63,375 nucleotides of DNA from an uncultured Erysipelotrichaceae bacterium (GCA_944325935.1 CALVCF010000041.1:1-63375), one strand, 5' to 3'. Positions 47,669 to 59,878 are shown, counted from the stretch's first letter. Translations and numbers: made by a program. The notes: a model not told the origin generated them from the sequence alone.

Positions 47669-48023
47669 AAACTAATTCAATTGAAGCGACAGGGGCATTG
47701 TCACCACGGCGATAGCCCAGCTTCGTGACACGTGTGTAGCCACCGTTACGGCTGGCGTAACGTGGAGCTACTTCCGTGAATAAGACTTGAACAGCAGTCT
47801 TGCCATCTTTTGTAGTTACAGCTTGCAAGTAACTAGCAGCTTGACGACGATTATGGACATTGTCGACCTTAGCGAGTGTGATCAAGCTATCAACGACACT
47901 GCGAAGTTCCATGGCCTTCATCTCGGTGGTCTTTATCTTACCTTTGATGATGACTTCGGTAGCTAAGTTTCTGAGTAATGCCCTTCTATGGTCGGCAGTA
48001 CGACCTAATTTACGATTACGCAT
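47667..48023 (-). CDS. rplQ: 50S ribosomal protein L17
   Basis: MRNRKLGRTADHRRALLRNL...; last gene of the alpha operon. Confidence 0.95.
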   Translation of the reverse strand: MRNRKLGRTADHRRALLRNLATEVIIKGKIKTTEMKAMELRSVVDSLITLAKVDNVHNRRQAASYLQAVTTKDGKTAVQVLFTEVAPRYASRNGGYTRVTKLGYRRGDNAPVASIELV

Positions 48024-48037
48024 GACTTTTATCTCCT

Positions 48038-48997
48038 TTACTCATATTGTTTAAAGCCCAAACCGAGCTGTTGCAACTTTTCTTTGACCTCTTTGAGCGA
48101 TTTCTTGCCTAAATTGCGGACACGGCTCATCTCTTCTTCTGTCTTTTGCGTCAGCTCTTCGACATTAGTAATACCTGCACGCTTTAAGCAATTGTAACTT
48201 CTGACGGTCAGATCAAGATCTTCAACGGACATATTGATCTTCTTGACATCGGTCTCATGGACCTTCTCTTTTACACAAGATTCCTTATCTTTGGCAATCG
48301 CATCGATATCTTCAAACAGGGCCAAATGATCAATGAGGATCTTGGCAGCTAACGCAATTGCTGCTGACGGGGTCAAAGAACCGTCGGTCCACACTTCGAC
48401 TTTTAAGGCATCATATTTGACATTTTGACCAACACGAGCCGGTTCTGTCGTGTAGTTAGCCCGTACAACCGGGGTGAAGATCGAGTCTGTATAGATCGTG
48501 CCGATGCCTTGTGATGAATTTTGGTAGGCGCGTTTATTCTCATCGGCGCTGACATAACCGCGGCCGTTCTTAGCCTTAAGTTCCATATCTAAGACCCCGC
48601 CTTCATCGATCGTAGCGATCACCAGGTCGGGATTGAGGATCTCAACGCCAGTTGGGCAAACAATATCAGCCGCTGTAACGGTGCAAGGACCCTTTGCGTT
48701 GATCCTTAAGGAATAAGTTTCATCATCTTGGATCTTTAGGATGAGGTTCTTAAGATGCAGAATAATTAAGGTCACATCTTCCTTAACGCCTTTAATTGAA
48801 GAAAACTCATGGAAAACGCCTTCGATCTTGATCGAGTAGACTGCCCCACCTGGCAAAGATGAGATCATTACTCTTCTGATCGCATTTCCTAAGGTCGTTC
48901 CGAATCCTCTCTCTAAAGGAGTGATGCTGAAACGGCCGTAATTCTCTTTCTCATTGATCTCTTCAATTTCAAATTTAGGTCTTTCAAACTTCTGCAT
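48038..48997 (-). CDS. rpoA: DNA-directed RNA polymerase subunit alpha
   Basis: ...GFGTTLGNAIRRVMISSLPG... and the C-terminal domain ...LDLTVRSYNCLKRAGI... Confidence 0.96.
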   Translation of the reverse strand: MQKFERPKFEIEEINEKENYGRFSITPLERGFGTTLGNAIRRVMISSLPGGAVYSIKIEGVFHEFSSIKGVKEDVTLIILHLKNLILKIQDDETYSLRINAKGPCTVTAADIVCPTGVEILNPDLVIATIDEGGVLDMELKAKNGRGYVSADENKRAYQNSSQGIGTIYTDSIFTPVVRANYTTEPARVGQNVKYDALKVEVWTDGSLTPSAAIALAAKILIDHLALFEDIDAIAKDKESCVKEKVHETDVKKINMSVEDLDLTVRSYNCLKRAGITNVEELTQKTEEEMSRVRNLGKKSLKEVKEKLQQLGLGFKQYE

Positions 48998-49008
48998 GAC
49001 TTCCCTCC

Positions 49009-49398
49009 TTAACCTCTAGGTTTCTTTGGTGGACGGCATCCGTTATGAGGGATAGGCGTCACATCGTTGATCGCTGTGATTTGCAAGCCAGCGACCTGTA
49101 AAGCGCGGACAGCAGCTTCACGACCAGGTCCAGGTCCTTTGACGTTGACTTCAACGCTCTTCATGCCATGATCCATCGCCGTCTTGCCGGCAGCTTCTGA
49201 AACTAATTGAGCGGCATAAGGAGTCGACTTACGAGATCCCTTATAACCTAAAGCACCAGCACTTGACCAAGCGATAACATTACCGGCTTCATCAGTGATC
49301 GTAACGATCGTATTATTGAAAGTTGAATGAATATGAGCGACACCTTTGGCTATATTCTTCTTGACACGCTTTTTACGTGTTCCTTTTGTCTGTGCCAT
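49009..49398 (-). CDS. rpsK: 30S ribosomal protein S11
   Basis: [18 protein letters not shown]... Confidence 0.96.
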   Translation of the reverse strand: MAQTKGTRKKRVKKNIAKGVAHIHSTFNNTIVTITDEAGNVIAWSSAGALGYKGSRKSTPYAAQLVSEAAGKTAMDHGMKSVEVNVKGPGPGREAAVRALQVAGLQITAINDVTPIPHNGCRPPKKPRG

Positions 49399-49419
49399 AT
49401 TAATCTTTCCTCCTAATGA

Positions 49420-49785
49420 CTATTTCTTCTTATTAGCTACTGTACGACGTGGTCCCTTACGAGTTCTGGCATTGGTTTTGGTACGTTGGCCACGAACTGG
49501 TAGACCCTTACGATGTCTCATGCCTCGATAAGAAGCGATCTCCATTAAGCGTTTGATATTGAGCTGTACTTCTCTTCTTAGATCGCCCTCTAAACGGTAG
49601 CTATCTAAGGACTTACGAAGTGCATTGATTTGCTCATCACTTAGATCTTTAACGCGAATATCTTCGCTGATCCCATTTTCTTTTAAAATCTTTTTTGCTG
49701 TAGCTAAACCTACACCATAAATATATGTTAGAGATATTACTACACGTTTGTTGTTAGGAATATCTACACCCGCAATACGAGCCAT
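49420..49785 (-). CDS. rpsM: 30S ribosomal protein S13
   Basis: [26 protein letters not shown]... Confidence 0.96.
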   Translation of the reverse strand: MARIAGVDIPNNKRVVISLTYIYGVGLATAKKILKENGISEDIRVKDLSDEQINALRKSLDSYRLEGDLRREVQLNIKRLMEIASYRGMRHRKGLPVRGQRTKTNARTRKGPRRTVANKKK

Positions 49786-49804
49786 TTACTTTGATCCTCC
49801 TGAA

Positions 49805-49918
49805 TTATCCTTGTCTTTGTTTGTGCTTAGGGTTTTCACAAATAACCATAACACGGCCTTTACGTTTGATAACGCGGCACTTGTCACAGATCGGTTTGAC
49901 AGATGGTCTGACTTTCAT
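49805..49918 (-). CDS. rpmJ: 50S ribosomal protein L36 (37 aa; too short for the supplied ORF track)
   Basis: The reverse-complement translation reads [37 protein letters not shown]. It lies between infA and rpsM as expected. Confidence 0.93.
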   Translation of the reverse strand: MKVRPSVKPICDKCRVIKRKGRVMVICENPKHKQRQG

Positions 49919-49935
49919 GTTTGCCTCCTATCGAC

Positions 49936-50154
49936 TTACTTATGTCTGAATGTTATACGCCCACGTGTTAAATCATAGGGTGAAATCTCAACGGTCACAC
50001 GATCGCCTGGTAAAATGCGGATGTAATGCATGCGGATTTTACCAGAAACGTGGGCCAAAATTTCATGACCATTCTCTAGTTTCACCTTAAATTGCGCATT
50101 GGGTAGGGTATCGACCACTAGCCCGCTTAGTTCGATCACATCTTGTTTCGCCAC
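49936..50154 (-). CDS. infA: Translation initiation factor IF-1
   Basis: [51 protein letters not shown]... Confidence 0.96.
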   Translation of the reverse strand: MAKQDVIELSGLVVDTLPNAQFKVKLENGHEILAHVSGKIRMHYIRILPGDRVTVEISPYDLTRGRITFRHK

Positions 50155-50155
50155 A

Positions 50156-50908
50156 CTAGTCCTCCTTTGTTAGTATCTCATAGCCATCTTCCAAGACGAC
50201 GACGCTGTGTTCAAAGTGTGCAGCCCAAGAGCCATCTTTAGAGACGACCCCCCAACCATCGCTCAAGGTGCGACAATGGGGCTTACCTTCAAACACCATC
50301 GGTTCGATCGCAATACACATACCAGCCTTTAAACGCTCAAGACTGCCCGCCATGCCGACATTAGGCACAGCTGGATCTTCATGCATCTCTTGGCCAATGC
50401 CATGGCCGGTATATTCGATCGGCAAACTATAGCCGAAGCTTTCGACATAGCTTTGGATGGCATGCGATATATCGCCGATGCGATTACCTGCTTTAACTTG
50501 TTTGAGACCTTCATAGAGGCTTTGTTTAGTGACATCGAGCAATCTTTGATGTTTATCGTCGATCCGACCGACGGCATAGGTGTAAGCAGCATCGCCATGA
50601 TAACCATGCAGATACGCCCCGCAATCGATCGAGATGATATCACCCTCATGAAGGATTGCTTTTGCGCTTGGAATTCCATGGACGAGCATATTGTTGATAC
50701 TGGTACAGATGCTGTTTGGAAAACCTTGATATCCTTTAAAGGAAGGACTAGCTCCCTTAGAACGGATCATTTTTTCAGCGATCGCATCAAGTTCTAAGGT
50801 CGAGATGCCGGGTTTGATATATTGTTCGATCTCCCTTAGGACATAGGCAACAACAGCACCCGCTTCTTTCATGAGTTCGATCTCGCGCTTAGATTTGATC
50901 GTGATCAT
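50156..50908 (-). CDS. map: Type I methionine aminopeptidase
   Basis: ...VHGIP...[10 protein letters not shown]...GYHGD...HGIG... metal ligands. Confidence 0.93.
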   Translation of the reverse strand: MITIKSKREIELMKEAGAVVAYVLREIEQYIKPGISTLELDAIAEKMIRSKGASPSFKGYQGFPNSICTSINNMLVHGIPSAKAILHEGDIISIDCGAYLHGYHGDAAYTYAVGRIDDKHQRLLDVTKQSLYEGLKQVKAGNRIGDISHAIQSYVESFGYSLPIEYTGHGIGQEMHEDPAVPNVGMAGSLERLKAGMCIAIEPMVFEGKPHCRTLSDGWGVVSKDGSWAAHFEHSVVVLEDGYEILTKED

Positions 50909-51558
50909 TTATGAAGCTCCTTTAAGATCGCTTCGATCTTGGCAAAGACCCTTGATGGTTCATCGTTGGCATCGATCATATAGACCAAGCCTTTTTCTTT
51001 GTAGAAATCGACGACAGCCTGGGTGCTTTGATGATAGGCCGTTAAACGCGTCTTAAGGCTTTCAAGCGTGTCATCATGACGTTGGTAGAGTTTAGCACCA
51101 CAATTATCACAGACCCCCTCTACTTTGGGAGGATGATTGTGTATGTGGAAGATACTGCCGCAGTCTGGACAAACTCTTCTGCCGGTGATTCGTTTTGCTA
51201 AGACCTCTTCATCGACATTTAGATCTAAGACGGCGTCGATCTTTAGATCGAGGCCATCTAAGATGTGATCTAAATCTTCTGCTTGGGCTAGGGTCCTGGG
51301 GTAACCATCTAAAAGGAAACCTTTTTGGATGTCATCCCGGCCTAACCTCTCCACGATCAGATCGTGAATCAATTCATCGGGAACGAGTTTGCCCTCATCC
51401 ATATAGCCTTGTGCTTTTAGACCAAGGGCGCTTTTAGCATTAATGGCACTTCTTAACATATCTCCGGTTGAAATATGCGCGATATCATAGGCTTTGATCA
51501 AAAGCTCTGACATTGTGCCCTTGCCTGTTCCCGGGGCACCAACAATAAGTAGGTTCAT
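50905..51558 (-). CDS. adk: Adenylate kinase (Zn-lid type)
   Basis: VGAPGTGKGT and lid cysteines CPDCG...CDNCG. Confidence 0.95.
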   Translation of the reverse strand: MNLLIVGAPGTGKGTMSELLIKAYDIAHISTGDMLRSAINAKSALGLKAQGYMDEGKLVPDELIHDLIVERLGRDDIQKGFLLDGYPRTLAQAEDLDHILDGLDLKIDAVLDLNVDEEVLAKRITGRRVCPDCGSIFHIHNHPPKVEGVCDNCGAKLYQRHDDTLESLKTRLTAYHQSTQAVVDFYKEKGLVYMIDANDEPSRVFAKIEAILKELHK

Positions 51559-51570
51559 CTTTTCCCCCTT

Positions 51571-52845
51571 TTATCTCCCGACGAAATTACGATACTGTTT
51601 GGATGTTAATTCGCCTTTTAGGCGTTTGACCGTCTCGATGGCAACACCGACGACGATGATGATACCGGTTCCTCCTAAGGCAGCCGAATGCGGTAAGCCT
51701 GTCACAAGCGAAATGACATAGGGAAGAACGGCGATAAAGGTCAACAACAAGGCCCCTAAGACCGTAATGCGGTTCAAGACCTTAGAGACATATTGACGTG
51801 TTTCACTGCCTGGTCTAATACCAGGTACGTAAGTACCCTGTTTATTGAGATTATCAGCTATCTTGCTTGGATCAACTGTCAGATTTGTATAGAAGAAAGT
51901 AAACAGTATGACAAGGACAGCATAGATAATGATCATATAGGGATGATTGAAACTTAAGATATCAGCTAGCCATGAATAGGTCCCTGAATCGATCCAGGAA
52001 ACGATGATTTGCGGCGCCTGGATGATCGCACTGGCGAAAATGACTGGGATAACACTGGCTGAGTTGATCTTCAAGGGCAAGTGGTTAAGATCGCCCTTGG
52101 CATGCGACATACTGCGGGAAGTCGAATATTGGATAGGAATTCTTCTTTCGGCCAGCTGCATCATGACGACAAGGATGACAATGACAACATACATCAAGAT
52201 ATATAGGGCAAATAAGCCTACACCGGCAGTTGTGACGCCACCTTGGAAGACATAGGCATAGACGGTTCTGAAGGATGAAGGAAGACCAGCCACGATTCCG
52301 GCAAAAATGATCATAGAGACCCCATTGCCAACACCTTTGACCGTGATCTGATCGGCGATCCATAGTAAGAACATCGTACCGGCAGTCATGACTGTCGCAA
52401 TATATAGATAACTGATCACACCGGGATCATCGACGATCCCATATTGGTTTGACAGCATCTGAACGATGAAATAGGCTTGAACGAAAGCTAAGACCACGCC
52501 TAGATAACGCGTGATGCGATCTAATTGTTGACGGCCTTTCTTACCGCTTTTCGACATTTCAGCTAAAGGCGGTATGATATCCATCGACAATAATTGGATG
52601 ATGATGCTGGAGGTGATGTAGGGTCCAACACCCAACGCGAAGATCGACATTTGTTCGATCATTCCACCGCCTAAAAGATTCATCATGCCAAGCAGCGAGT
52701 TGCTGGAAAGATTGATGACGGTGTCGTTGACCCCTGGCGAGGGGATCGAGGCACCTAACCTGAATACCAGCAACATAGCTAGAGTGAATAAAATCTTTGA
52801 GCGAATCTCTTTATTTTGGAAGAAGTCGACAAAGGTTCTAATCAT
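51571..52845 (-). CDS. secY: Preprotein translocase subunit SecY
   Basis: Ten TM helices, ...IFALGVGPYITSSIIIQLL...; position between rplO and adk. Confidence 0.95.
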   Translation of the reverse strand: MIRTFVDFFQNKEIRSKILFTLAMLLVFRLGASIPSPGVNDTVINLSSNSLLGMMNLLGGGMIEQMSIFALGVGPYITSSIIIQLLSMDIIPPLAEMSKSGKKGRQQLDRITRYLGVVLAFVQAYFIVQMLSNQYGIVDDPGVISYLYIATVMTAGTMFLLWIADQITVKGVGNGVSMIIFAGIVAGLPSSFRTVYAYVFQGGVTTAGVGLFALYILMYVVIVILVVMMQLAERRIPIQYSTSRSMSHAKGDLNHLPLKINSASVIPVIFASAIIQAPQIIVSWIDSGTYSWLADILSFNHPYMIIIYAVLVILFTFFYTNLTVDPSKIADNLNKQGTYVPGIRPGSETRQYVSKVLNRITVLGALLLTFIAVLPYVISLVTGLPHSAALGGTGIIIVVGVAIETVKRLKGELTSKQYRNFVGR

Positions 52846-52846
52846 C

Positions 52847-53290
52847 TTAAGCTACCTCTACACTTCCGCCTGCTTTTTCAATTGCCGCCTTGGCACTCTC
52901 TGAGACCTTGGCACAAGTGACATGTAATTTTTTATCTAAAGTTCCCATGCCTAGAACTTTTAGACCGTTGTAGACTTTCTTGATCAACCCTTTTTCGACC
53001 AAGACTTCCAAGTTGACATTAGCGCCATCTTCGAAGTACTTGTTCAAGGTTTCAAGATTGACGATCGCATATTCTTTGCGAGTATAGTTTGTAAAACCAC
53101 GCTTAGGAATACGCTTATAGATCGGGGTTTGACCACCTTCAAAGCCGATCGCCACACCGCCACCAGAGCGCGCGTTTTGACCCTTGTGGCCCTTACCGGC
53201 CGTTTTACCCTGACCTGATCCCTGTCCTCGGCCTAATCTTTTCGTGCTGAAGCGAGCACCTTCGTTATATTTTAATTCATGTAATTTCAT
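52847..53290 (-). CDS. rplO: 50S ribosomal protein L15
   Basis: [38 protein letters not shown]... Confidence 0.95.
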   Translation of the reverse strand: MKLHELKYNEGARFSTKRLGRGQGSGQGKTAGKGHKGQNARSGGGVAIGFEGGQTPIYKRIPKRGFTNYTRKEYAIVNLETLNKYFEDGANVNLEVLVEKGLIKKVYNGLKVLGMGTLDKKLHVTCAKVSESAKAAIEKAGGSVEVA

Positions 53291-53299
53291 GGCTATCTC

Positions 53300-53830
53300 C
53301 TAACGAACTTCTTCAACCTTGAGGCCTCTGGTCTTGGCGACCATATTGACCGTCTTGAGTTGTTTTAAAGCTTCAACGGTCGCTCTGACCGCATTGATCG
53401 GTGTACGTGAACCGATACATTTGGAAAGGACGTCATTGATGCCTGCAAGTTCTAAGACGGCGCGCACTGGACCACCGGCAATAACACCAGTTCCCTCGCT
53501 GGCTGGACGAAGCATGACTTCACCTGCCCCATAGATACCTAAGACTGGATGCGGGATGGTCTTCTTGTTGTTGACAAGTGGAACTCTGACGATGTTCTTT
53601 TTCGCAGCTTCGGTCGCCTTACGGATAGCATCTGGAACTTCATTGGCCTTACCTAAGCCAAAGCCAACACGACCTTTTTTATCACCGACGACAACTAAAG
53701 CGGAGAAACGCATGCGGCGTCCACCCTTAACGGTCTTAGAGACACGGTTGATGGAAACGACACGTTCTTCGAATTCTTTTTGTTCGCGGTTAAATCTTCT
53801 TGGTTTTCTTTGTTGATTATTGTTTTCCAT
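53300..53830 (-). CDS. rpsE: 30S ribosomal protein S5
   Basis: ...[27 protein letters not shown]... Confidence 0.95.
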   Translation of the reverse strand: MENNNQQRKPRRFNREQKEFEERVVSINRVSKTVKGGRRMRFSALVVVGDKKGRVGFGLGKANEVPDAIRKATEAAKKNIVRVPLVNNKKTIPHPVLGIYGAGEVMLRPASEGTGVIAGGPVRAVLELAGINDVLSKCIGSRTPINAVRATVEALKQLKTVNMVAKTRGLKVEEVR

Positions 53831-53839
53831 GACTTCCTC

Positions 53840-54196
53840 CTAGAACTTAAGACCAGCTTCTCTTGCTGCTTCAGCTAGCGCCTTTACACGACCATGATAG
53901 ATATAACCGCCACGGTCAAAGACGACGGTTTCGATATTCTTAGCTAAAGCGCGTTTAGCTAGCTCTGTTCCAACGGTCTTAGCAGCTTCGATATTGCCAC
54001 CATTTTCAAGCTTCATTTCTACGCTTGAGCATGATACCAAGGTATTACCTGCTGTATCATCGATAATTTGGCAATGGATGTGTGCATTAGAACGGAAAAC
54101 ATTAAGACGTGGGCAAGTAGCAGTTCCCTTTACCTTGCGGCGGACGCGAGCATGCCTTCTTTGACGATTTGCATTTTTAGATGTCATTTTTAACAT
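53840..54196 (-). CDS. rplR: 50S ribosomal protein L18
   Basis: ...[35 protein letters not shown]... Confidence 0.95.
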   Translation of the reverse strand: MLKMTSKNANRQRRHARVRRKVKGTATCPRLNVFRSNAHIHCQIIDDTAGNTLVSCSSVEMKLENGGNIEAAKTVGTELAKRALAKNIETVVFDRGGYIYHGRVKALAEAAREAGLKF

Positions 54197-54211
54197 AAGC
54201 TATACTCCCTT

Positions 54212-54754
54212 CTACTTACCAGCTGTCTTACCTTCCTTACGACGGACATGTTCATCCTTATAGCGGATACCTTTGCCTTTGTAAGGTTCTGGTTTACGGT
54301 ATGCACGGATATTGGCTGCAACTTCACCAACTCTTTGTTTGTCGATGCCCGAAACTTTGATCTGAGTAGGACTTAATACCTCAACAGTAACACCGTCTTC
54401 CGGCATGTATTCGATTTGGTGTGAATAGCCCAAGTTCATGACAAGTTTCTTGCCTTCAAGCTGGGCACGGTAACCAATACCTTGGATCTCTAATTCTTTA
54501 ACAAAACCTTCTGATACACCAACGATCATGTTGTGCAAGAGGGCTCTGGTCGTACCATGAAGCTGCTTCGTATGTTTTTCTTCATTGGCACGCTTGCAAG
54601 TTACGATCCCATTATCGATCTCGATGGCGATAAGTGGACTGAATTGACGTGTTAGGCTCCCTTTTGGGCCCTTGACAGTCACCTCATTACCTTCTAGTAC
54701 ATTTATTTCAACATTAGAAGGAATGGTAATCGTCTTATTTCCGATACGTGACAT
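54212..54754 (-). CDS. rplF: 50S ribosomal protein L6
   Basis: MSRIGNKTITIPSNVEI...VKGPKG... Confidence 0.95.
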   Translation of the reverse strand: MSRIGNKTITIPSNVEINVLEGNEVTVKGPKGSLTRQFSPLIAIEIDNGIVTCKRANEEKHTKQLHGTTRALLHNMIVGVSEGFVKELEIQGIGYRAQLEGKKLVMNLGYSHQIEYMPEDGVTVEVLSPTQIKVSGIDKQRVGEVAANIRAYRKPEPYKGKGIRYKDEHVRRKEGKTAGK

Positions 54755-54772
54755 TTTAATATTCCTTTCCTA

Positions 54773-55177
54773 TTACCACACGTAGGCGACAACTTCGCCG
54801 CCAGCGTGAGCCTTGCGCGCATCACGATCGCACATCATACCTTTAGATGTTGAGATGATCGCAATACCAAGACCATTTAAAACACGGGGGATCGCATTGC
54901 CCTTGGCGTAGACCCTAAGACCAGGCTTAGAGATACGCTTGATGCCAGCGATCGCTTTCTCGTTGTGAGGACCATATTTAAGATCGACGACAATCGCCTT
55001 TTCTTTGGCACTTTCGCCTTCGACCTTATAACTTTCGATATAACCTTCCTCTTTTAAGATTCTGGCGATCTCCGCCTTCATCTTGGAATGAGGGATCGAA
55101 ACGCTCTTTTGGTCGGCTCTTACGCCATTGCGGATCCTAGTAAGCATATCCGCGATTGGATCTGTCATATTCATCAT
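54773..55177 (-). CDS. rpsH: 30S ribosomal protein S8
   Basis: [15 protein letters not shown]... Confidence 0.95.
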   Translation of the reverse strand: MMNMTDPIADMLTRIRNGVRADQKSVSIPHSKMKAEIARILKEEGYIESYKVEGESAKEKAIVVDLKYGPHNEKAIAGIKRISKPGLRVYAKGNAIPRVLNGLGIAIISTSKGMMCDRDARKAHAGGEVVAYVW

Positions 55178-55189
55178 AGCGCTTCCTCC

Positions 55190-55375
55190 TTACCAACTAG
55201 CCTTCTTAACGCCAGGTAATTGACCCTTATAAGCCAATTCTCTAAAGCAGATACGGCATAGCTTATATTTTCTTAAAACTGAATGGGGACGACCGCAGCG
55301 TTCACAACGCGTATAGGCTCTGGTTGAGAACTTTGCAGGACGGGCACATTTAACTTTCATCGATGTCTTAGCCAT
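55190..55375 (-). CDS. rpsZ: 30S ribosomal protein S14, type Z (zinc-ribbon, 61 aa)
   Basis: [20 protein letters not shown] contains the CxxC...CxxC motif. The protein is the short 61-aa form. Confidence 0.95.
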   Translation of the reverse strand: MAKTSMKVKCARPAKFSTRAYTRCERCGRPHSVLRKYKLCRICFRELAYKGQLPGVKKASW

Positions 55376-55389
55376 ACTAATTCTCCCTC

Positions 55390-55929
55390 CTATTTCGCAA
55401 AGGGCATACCTAAAGCCCTTAGTAATGCTTCAGCTTCTTCGTCTGTCTTAGCAGTTGTGACGATAACGATATCCATCCCGCGAACCTTATTGACCTTGTC
55501 ATAAGAAATCTCAGGGAAGATGATCTGTTCTTTGACGCCCAAAGTGTAATTCCCGCGGCCATCAAAGGCAGTCTTGGAAACGCCATGGAAGTCACGAACA
55601 CGAGGTAATGAGATATTGACAAGCTTATCTAAGAAGTCATACATCTTTTCACCGCGCAGATCGACCTTACAACCGATCGCCATTCCTTCACGTAGTTTGA
55701 AGTTAGCGATCGACTTTTTAGCCTTGGTGATAACTGGCTTTTGACCAGTGATATCAGTTAATTCGCTCACAGCTTCATCTAAGCGCTTGGGTTCGCTGAT
55801 CGCATCGCCAACACCTAGGTTGACAACGATCTTAACGATCTTTGGCACTTCCATAACTGATTTATAGCCAAATTTCTCCATGAGACTTGGCTTGATCTCA
55901 CTCTTGTATTTTTCAAGAAGGCGATTCAT
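55390..55929 (-). CDS. rplE: 50S ribosomal protein L5
   Basis: [31 protein letters not shown]... Confidence 0.95.
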   Translation of the reverse strand: MNRLLEKYKSEIKPSLMEKFGYKSVMEVPKIVKIVVNLGVGDAISEPKRLDEAVSELTDITGQKPVITKAKKSIANFKLREGMAIGCKVDLRGEKMYDFLDKLVNISLPRVRDFHGVSKTAFDGRGNYTLGVKEQIIFPEISYDKVNKVRGMDIVIVTTAKTDEEAEALLRALGMPFAK

Positions 55930-56249
55930 TATTTCTTACCTCCCTTAATTGTCGTACCAGACTTCTTAAAGTAGCGGACCTTGACGCCTTTTTCTTCGCG
56001 GTAGCCGATCCTTGAAACAGCCTTGGCCTTTGAATCGTAGGCCATGACGTTTGATACATGGATAGGCATCTCCTTTTCGATCACGCCGCCATCAGGATTG
56101 GCTTGAGTGGGCTTTAAGGATTTCTTTGCGATATTGACACCTTCGACCACGACCTTATTCTCTTTTGGTAAGACCGCGATAACTTCACCGATCGTACCCT
56201 TATAATGTCCGGTAATGACTTTTACTTTGTCACCTTTTTTAATTCTCAT
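55929..56249 (-). CDS. rplX: 50S ribosomal protein L24
   Basis: [23 protein letters not shown]... Confidence 0.95.
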   Translation of the reverse strand: MRIKKGDKVKVITGHYKGTIGEVIAVLPKENKVVVEGVNIAKKSLKPTQANPDGGVIEKEMPIHVSNVMAYDSKAKAVSRIGYREEKGVKVRYFKKSGTTIKGGKK

Positions 56250-56263
56250 CTAAAGTCATCCTC

Positions 56264-56632
56264 CTATAATACTTCCGGTGCCAATGACACGATCTTCATG
56301 TAGTCATGGTCTCTGAGCTCTCTGGCTACTGGACCAAAGATTCTCGTTCCACGCGGAGTCTTATCATCTTTGATGATGACAGCAGCATTGTCATCGAATT
56401 TGATATAAGAACCATTTGCACGGCTTAGACCGTATTTAGTTCTGACGATAACCGCCTTGACGACATCACCTTTTTTGACCGTGCCGTTTGGTTGGGCGTC
56501 CTTGACTGCACAGACTACAACATCGCCAATATTGGCTGTCTTGCGTCTTGAGCCGCCTAAACAGCGAATGACTAATAATTCTTTAGCTCCAGTGTTATCG
56601 GCAACTTTTAATCGTGTTTCATTATGAACCAT
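56264..56632 (-). CDS. rplN: 50S ribosomal protein L14
   Basis: ...[26 protein letters not shown]... Confidence 0.96.
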   Translation of the reverse strand: MVHNETRLKVADNTGAKELLVIRCLGGSRRKTANIGDVVVCAVKDAQPNGTVKKGDVVKAVIVRTKYGLSRANGSYIKFDDNAAVIIKDDKTPRGTRIFGPVARELRDHDYMKIVSLAPEVL

Positions 56633-56644
56633 CTATTTTACCTC

Positions 56645-56908
56645 CTAAAGAATTACAGCTTTTTCAATTACTTTAACTAAGCGGAAATGCTTGTCGCGAG
56701 ACAAAGGTCTTGTCTCCATGATCTCCACTGTATCGCCAATATGTGCTTCGTTTAGTTCATCATGCGCCTTAAAGCGTCTTGAGAACTTCGTGCGCTTACC
56801 ATATAAGGGATGCGACTTACGAGTGGCGATCTCGACGACGATCGTCTTATCCATCTTATCGGAAACGACCTTACCGCGCATAACGCGTCTTTTATTTACT
56901 CTTTCCAT
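56645..56908 (-). CDS. rpsQ: 30S ribosomal protein S17
   Basis: ...[27 protein letters not shown]... Confidence 0.95.
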   Translation of the reverse strand: MERVNKRRVMRGKVVSDKMDKTIVVEIATRKSHPLYGKRTKFSRRFKAHDELNEAHIGDTVEIMETRPLSRDKHFRLVKVIEKAVIL

Positions 56909-56910
56909 CC

Positions 56911-57108
56911 TTATTCTCCCTTCATGGCTCTTTCTTTTAAAACAGTCTTCATGCGGGCGATGCTTTTCTTGAGCTCACGAATACGCATTGGATTTTCGAT
57001 CGTACCCGTTGCCATTTGGAAACGCAGATCGAAGAGTTCTTTCTTTGCGGACTCGATCTCGCGAACTAGCTCCTCGCTTTTCATATCTCTAATTTCTTTA
57101 ATATTCAT
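56911..57108 (-). CDS. rpmC: 50S ribosomal protein L29
   Basis: ...[30 protein letters not shown]... Confidence 0.94.
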   Translation of the reverse strand: MNIKEIRDMKSEELVREIESAKKELFDLRFQMATGTIENPMRIRELKKSIARMKTVLKERAMKGE

Positions 57109-57524
57109 TAGACCCTCTCCCCTTTCTTGATAAACTTACATTTTACGGGAAGTTTGTGTGAGGCAAGGCGGAAAGCTTCACGAGCGATCTCTTCACTTAC
57201 ACCACCGATCTCAAACATGACGCGGCCTTTTTGGACGACGGCGACCCAACCCTCAGGAGCACCTTTACCAGAACCCATACGGACTTCTAGCGGTTTTTTA
57301 GTGATTGCAAGATGAGGGAAGATCTTGATCCAGACATTACCACCACGGTTCATGTAACGTGTCATGGCAACACGGGCAGCCTCGATCTGACGGTTTGAGA
57401 TATAGGAGCCCTCCATCGCTACCAAGCCATATTCGCCAAAGGCGACATCACGGCCAGCCTTGGCCTTACCTTCATAGCTTAAGCGATGAGGACGACGATA
57501 TTTTGTACGATTAGGCATTAACAT
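57108..57524 (-). CDS. rplP: 50S ribosomal protein L16
   Basis: [24 protein letters not shown]... Confidence 0.96.
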   Translation of the reverse strand: MLMPNRTKYRRPHRLSYEGKAKAGRDVAFGEYGLVAMEGSYISNRQIEAARVAMTRYMNRGGNVWIKIFPHLAITKKPLEVRMGSGKGAPEGWVAVVQKGRVMFEIGGVSEEIAREAFRLASHKLPVKCKFIKKGERV

Positions 57525-57526
57525 GA

Positions 57527-58339
57527 TTAATTACCTCCATTCTCGCTAACTTCAGGCTTTGAAGCTTCTGCTTGAGCACTTGCTTCGTTAGAAACTGGAG
57601 CGTTAGCTTTTGCTGGGCGCTCGTTTCTGCCCTTGCCCTGACGGTTAAAGGGACGCTTGCCGAAACGGTTGTTGCGATCGCCCTTTGGTCTTTCTGGTTC
57701 TTTGACCATTTCACCTGGCAGGACCTCACCGCGGCAGATCCAAACTTTAACGCCAAGTTTACCATATGCGGTCGTTGCTTCTTCGTGTGCATAGTCGATA
57801 TCACTTCTTAAGGTATGTAAAGGTGTGACGCCTTCGCTATAGCCTTCGGTTCTGGCGATATCAGCACCGCCTAAACGGCCGCCGACCGCAGTCTTGATAC
57901 CCTTAGCTCCAGCGCGCATCGTCGCTTGGATCGCTCTTTTTTGCGAAGTACGGAAAGATTGACGATCTTCAAGCATCTTGGCGATCTTCATCGCTACTAA
58001 ACGGGCATCTAATTCCGGATTGGCAACTTCAACGATCTTGATATTGATCGACTTGCCAGTCATCTTTTCAAGTTGTTTCTTTAATTCATTGATCTTGGCA
58101 CCATCTTGTCCGACATACATACCAGGACGAGCCGTACGAATGATGACTTCGACATGATTCTTGGAACGTTCGATCTCAATGCGGGAGATAAGGCATTCTC
58201 TAGCATCCTTATCGATCAATTTACGGATCTTGATATCTTCTTGCAGAAGGCTACCGTAATCTTTTTCGGCATACCAACGTGATTCCCAATCACGAATGAC
58301 ACCGATTCTTAATCCTACTGGACTTACTTTCTGACCCAT
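57527..58339 (-). CDS. rpsC: 30S ribosomal protein S3 with a ~50-aa basic/low-complexity C-terminal extension
   Basis: [24 protein letters not shown]... The tail is ...[55 protein letters not shown]. Confidence 0.95.
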   Translation of the reverse strand: MGQKVSPVGLRIGVIRDWESRWYAEKDYGSLLQEDIKIRKLIDKDARECLISRIEIERSKNHVEVIIRTARPGMYVGQDGAKINELKKQLEKMTGKSINIKIVEVANPELDARLVAMKIAKMLEDRQSFRTSQKRAIQATMRAGAKGIKTAVGGRLGGADIARTEGYSEGVTPLHTLRSDIDYAHEEATTAYGKLGVKVWICRGEVLPGEMVKEPERPKGDRNNRFGKRPFNRQGKGRNERPAKANAPVSNEASAQAEASKPEVSENGGN

Positions 58340-58350
58340 CGATTGACCTC

Positions 58351-58683
58351 CTAACGTTCATCAACCACAACGGTAATGTGGCTGGTTCTTTTTAAGATGC
58401 TGTGCGCACGACCCTTTGATACAGGTCTGAAACGCTTTAATGTAACACCTTCATTGGCGTAGCACGCCTTAACATATAATTTATCTTCATCCATTTGATG
58501 ATTGTGTGTAGCATTCGCCATCGCTGATTTAACGACCTTGTAGACCGCTTCGCTAGCGTGATTTGGCGTAAACTTGAGGATCGCTAAGGCTTCCTTAGCA
58601 TCCTTTCCACGAACTAGGTCTAAAACCAAGCGAACTTTGCGTGGGGCGATGCGCACGGTCTTTGCTGTTGACTTAACTTCCAT
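58351..58683 (-). CDS. rplV: 50S ribosomal protein L22
   Basis: ...[31 protein letters not shown]... Confidence 0.95.
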   Translation of the reverse strand: MEVKSTAKTVRIAPRKVRLVLDLVRGKDAKEALAILKFTPNHASEAVYKVVKSAMANATHNHQMDEDKLYVKACYANEGVTLKRFRPVSKGRAHSILKRTSHITVVVDER

Positions 58684-58692
58684 GTCTTCCTC

Positions 58693-58962
58693 CTACGCTT
58701 TCTTGTCGCTACCATGACCGCCAAATTTGCGGGTAGGGACAAATTCACCTAATTTATGTCCGACCATATCTTCGGTTACATAAACTGGTACATGTTCTTT
58801 ACCATTGTGGACCGCGAAGGTATGTTCAACGAACTCCGGGAAGATCGTCGAGCGACGAGACCAAGTTTTGATGACTTCTTTTTTATTGGCGGCATTCAGC
58901 GCTTGCACTTTTTTCATTAAGTGCTCATCACAGAATGGACCTTTTTTTAAACTTCTACTCAT
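58693..58962 (-). CDS. rpsS: 30S ribosomal protein S19
   Basis: [19 protein letters not shown]... Confidence 0.96.
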   Translation of the reverse strand: MSRSLKKGPFCDEHLMKKVQALNAANKKEVIKTWSRRSTIFPEFVEHTFAVHNGKEHVPVYVTEDMVGHKLGEFVPTRKFGGHGSDKKA

Positions 58963-58979
58963 GCAACTTCCTTTCCCTT

Positions 58980-59813
58980 CTATTTAGCGTTCCTACGACG
59001 AACGATGAGCTTATCAGATGCGTTCTTCGTCTTGCGCGTCTTAACACCAAGAGCTTTCTTGCCCCATGGCGTCATTGGCGATTTACGTCCGATCGGTGAG
59101 CGACCTTCACCACCACCATGCGGGTGATCGACTGGGTTCATGACCGAACCGCGGACTGTAGGTCTGACTCCTAACCAGCGAGTACGTCCGGCCTTACCAA
59201 GATTGATAAGACTATAATCTTCGTTACCAACTACGCCAACTGTCGCGCGGCAATTGCCAAGTATACGGCGAACTTCGCCCGAGGCAAGACGTAAGGTAAC
59301 ATACTTATCTTCAACACCTAAGATCTGGGCACTGACACCAGCTGCTCTAGCGAGCTGACCACCCTTGCCTGGCTTTAATTCGATGTTGTGTACGATCGTA
59401 CCTTCAGGCATATTGCGCATCTCTAAGGCATTGCCGACTTTGATATCGGCGTGAGGACCAGAGATGACGCTCATGCCGACCCCTAAGCCCTTAGGCGCTA
59501 AGATGTAGCGCTTTTCACCATCAGCGTAGTGCAGAAGGGCAATATTGGCATTGCGGTTTGGATCGTATTCGATCGCAGCGACCTTAGCTGGAATATCGTC
59601 TTTATTACGTTTGAAGTCGATGATTCGATATAGTTGCTTGTGGCCACCGCCGTGATGACGGACGGTAATACGTCCTGTATTGTTGCGGCCCCCAGATTTT
59701 GAGAAGCTGACGGTCAAGCTCTTTTCAGGAGCTTTTTTGGTGATCTCTTCAAAGGTCAGACCAGTCATTCCTCTGCGGCCGGGAGTTGTTGGCTTATATT
59801 TTTTGATTGCCAT
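58980..59813 (-). CDS. rplB: 50S ribosomal protein L2
   Basis: [17 protein letters not shown]...HHGGGHKQ... Confidence 0.96.
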   Translation of the reverse strand: MAIKKYKPTTPGRRGMTGLTFEEITKKAPEKSLTVSFSKSGGRNNTGRITVRHHGGGHKQLYRIIDFKRNKDDIPAKVAAIEYDPNRNANIALLHYADGEKRYILAPKGLGVGMSVISGPHADIKVGNALEMRNMPEGTIVHNIELKPGKGGQLARAAGVSAQILGVEDKYVTLRLASGEVRRILGNCRATVGVVGNEDYSLINLGKAGRTRWLGVRPTVRGSVMNPVDHPHGGGEGRSPIGRKSPMTPWGKKALGVKTRKTKNASDKLIVRRRNAK

Positions 59814-59878
59814 TTGAACTTATTTCCTCCTATGCAGTTTATCCGGAATTAGCATTTATCTTCCGTTAATTGTTAAGC

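Noticed and set aside
53319-57811. Numerous 60-140-aa ORFs antisense to, or out of frame with, ribosomal protein genes (e.g. 53319-53534, 53556-53816, 56691-56972, 56810-57130, 57511-57804, 57572-57811)
   Set aside because: They lie entirely within highly conserved r-protein coding sequences, have Ser/Leu/Arg-rich low-complexity translations and lack RBSs. They are typical shadow ORFs.
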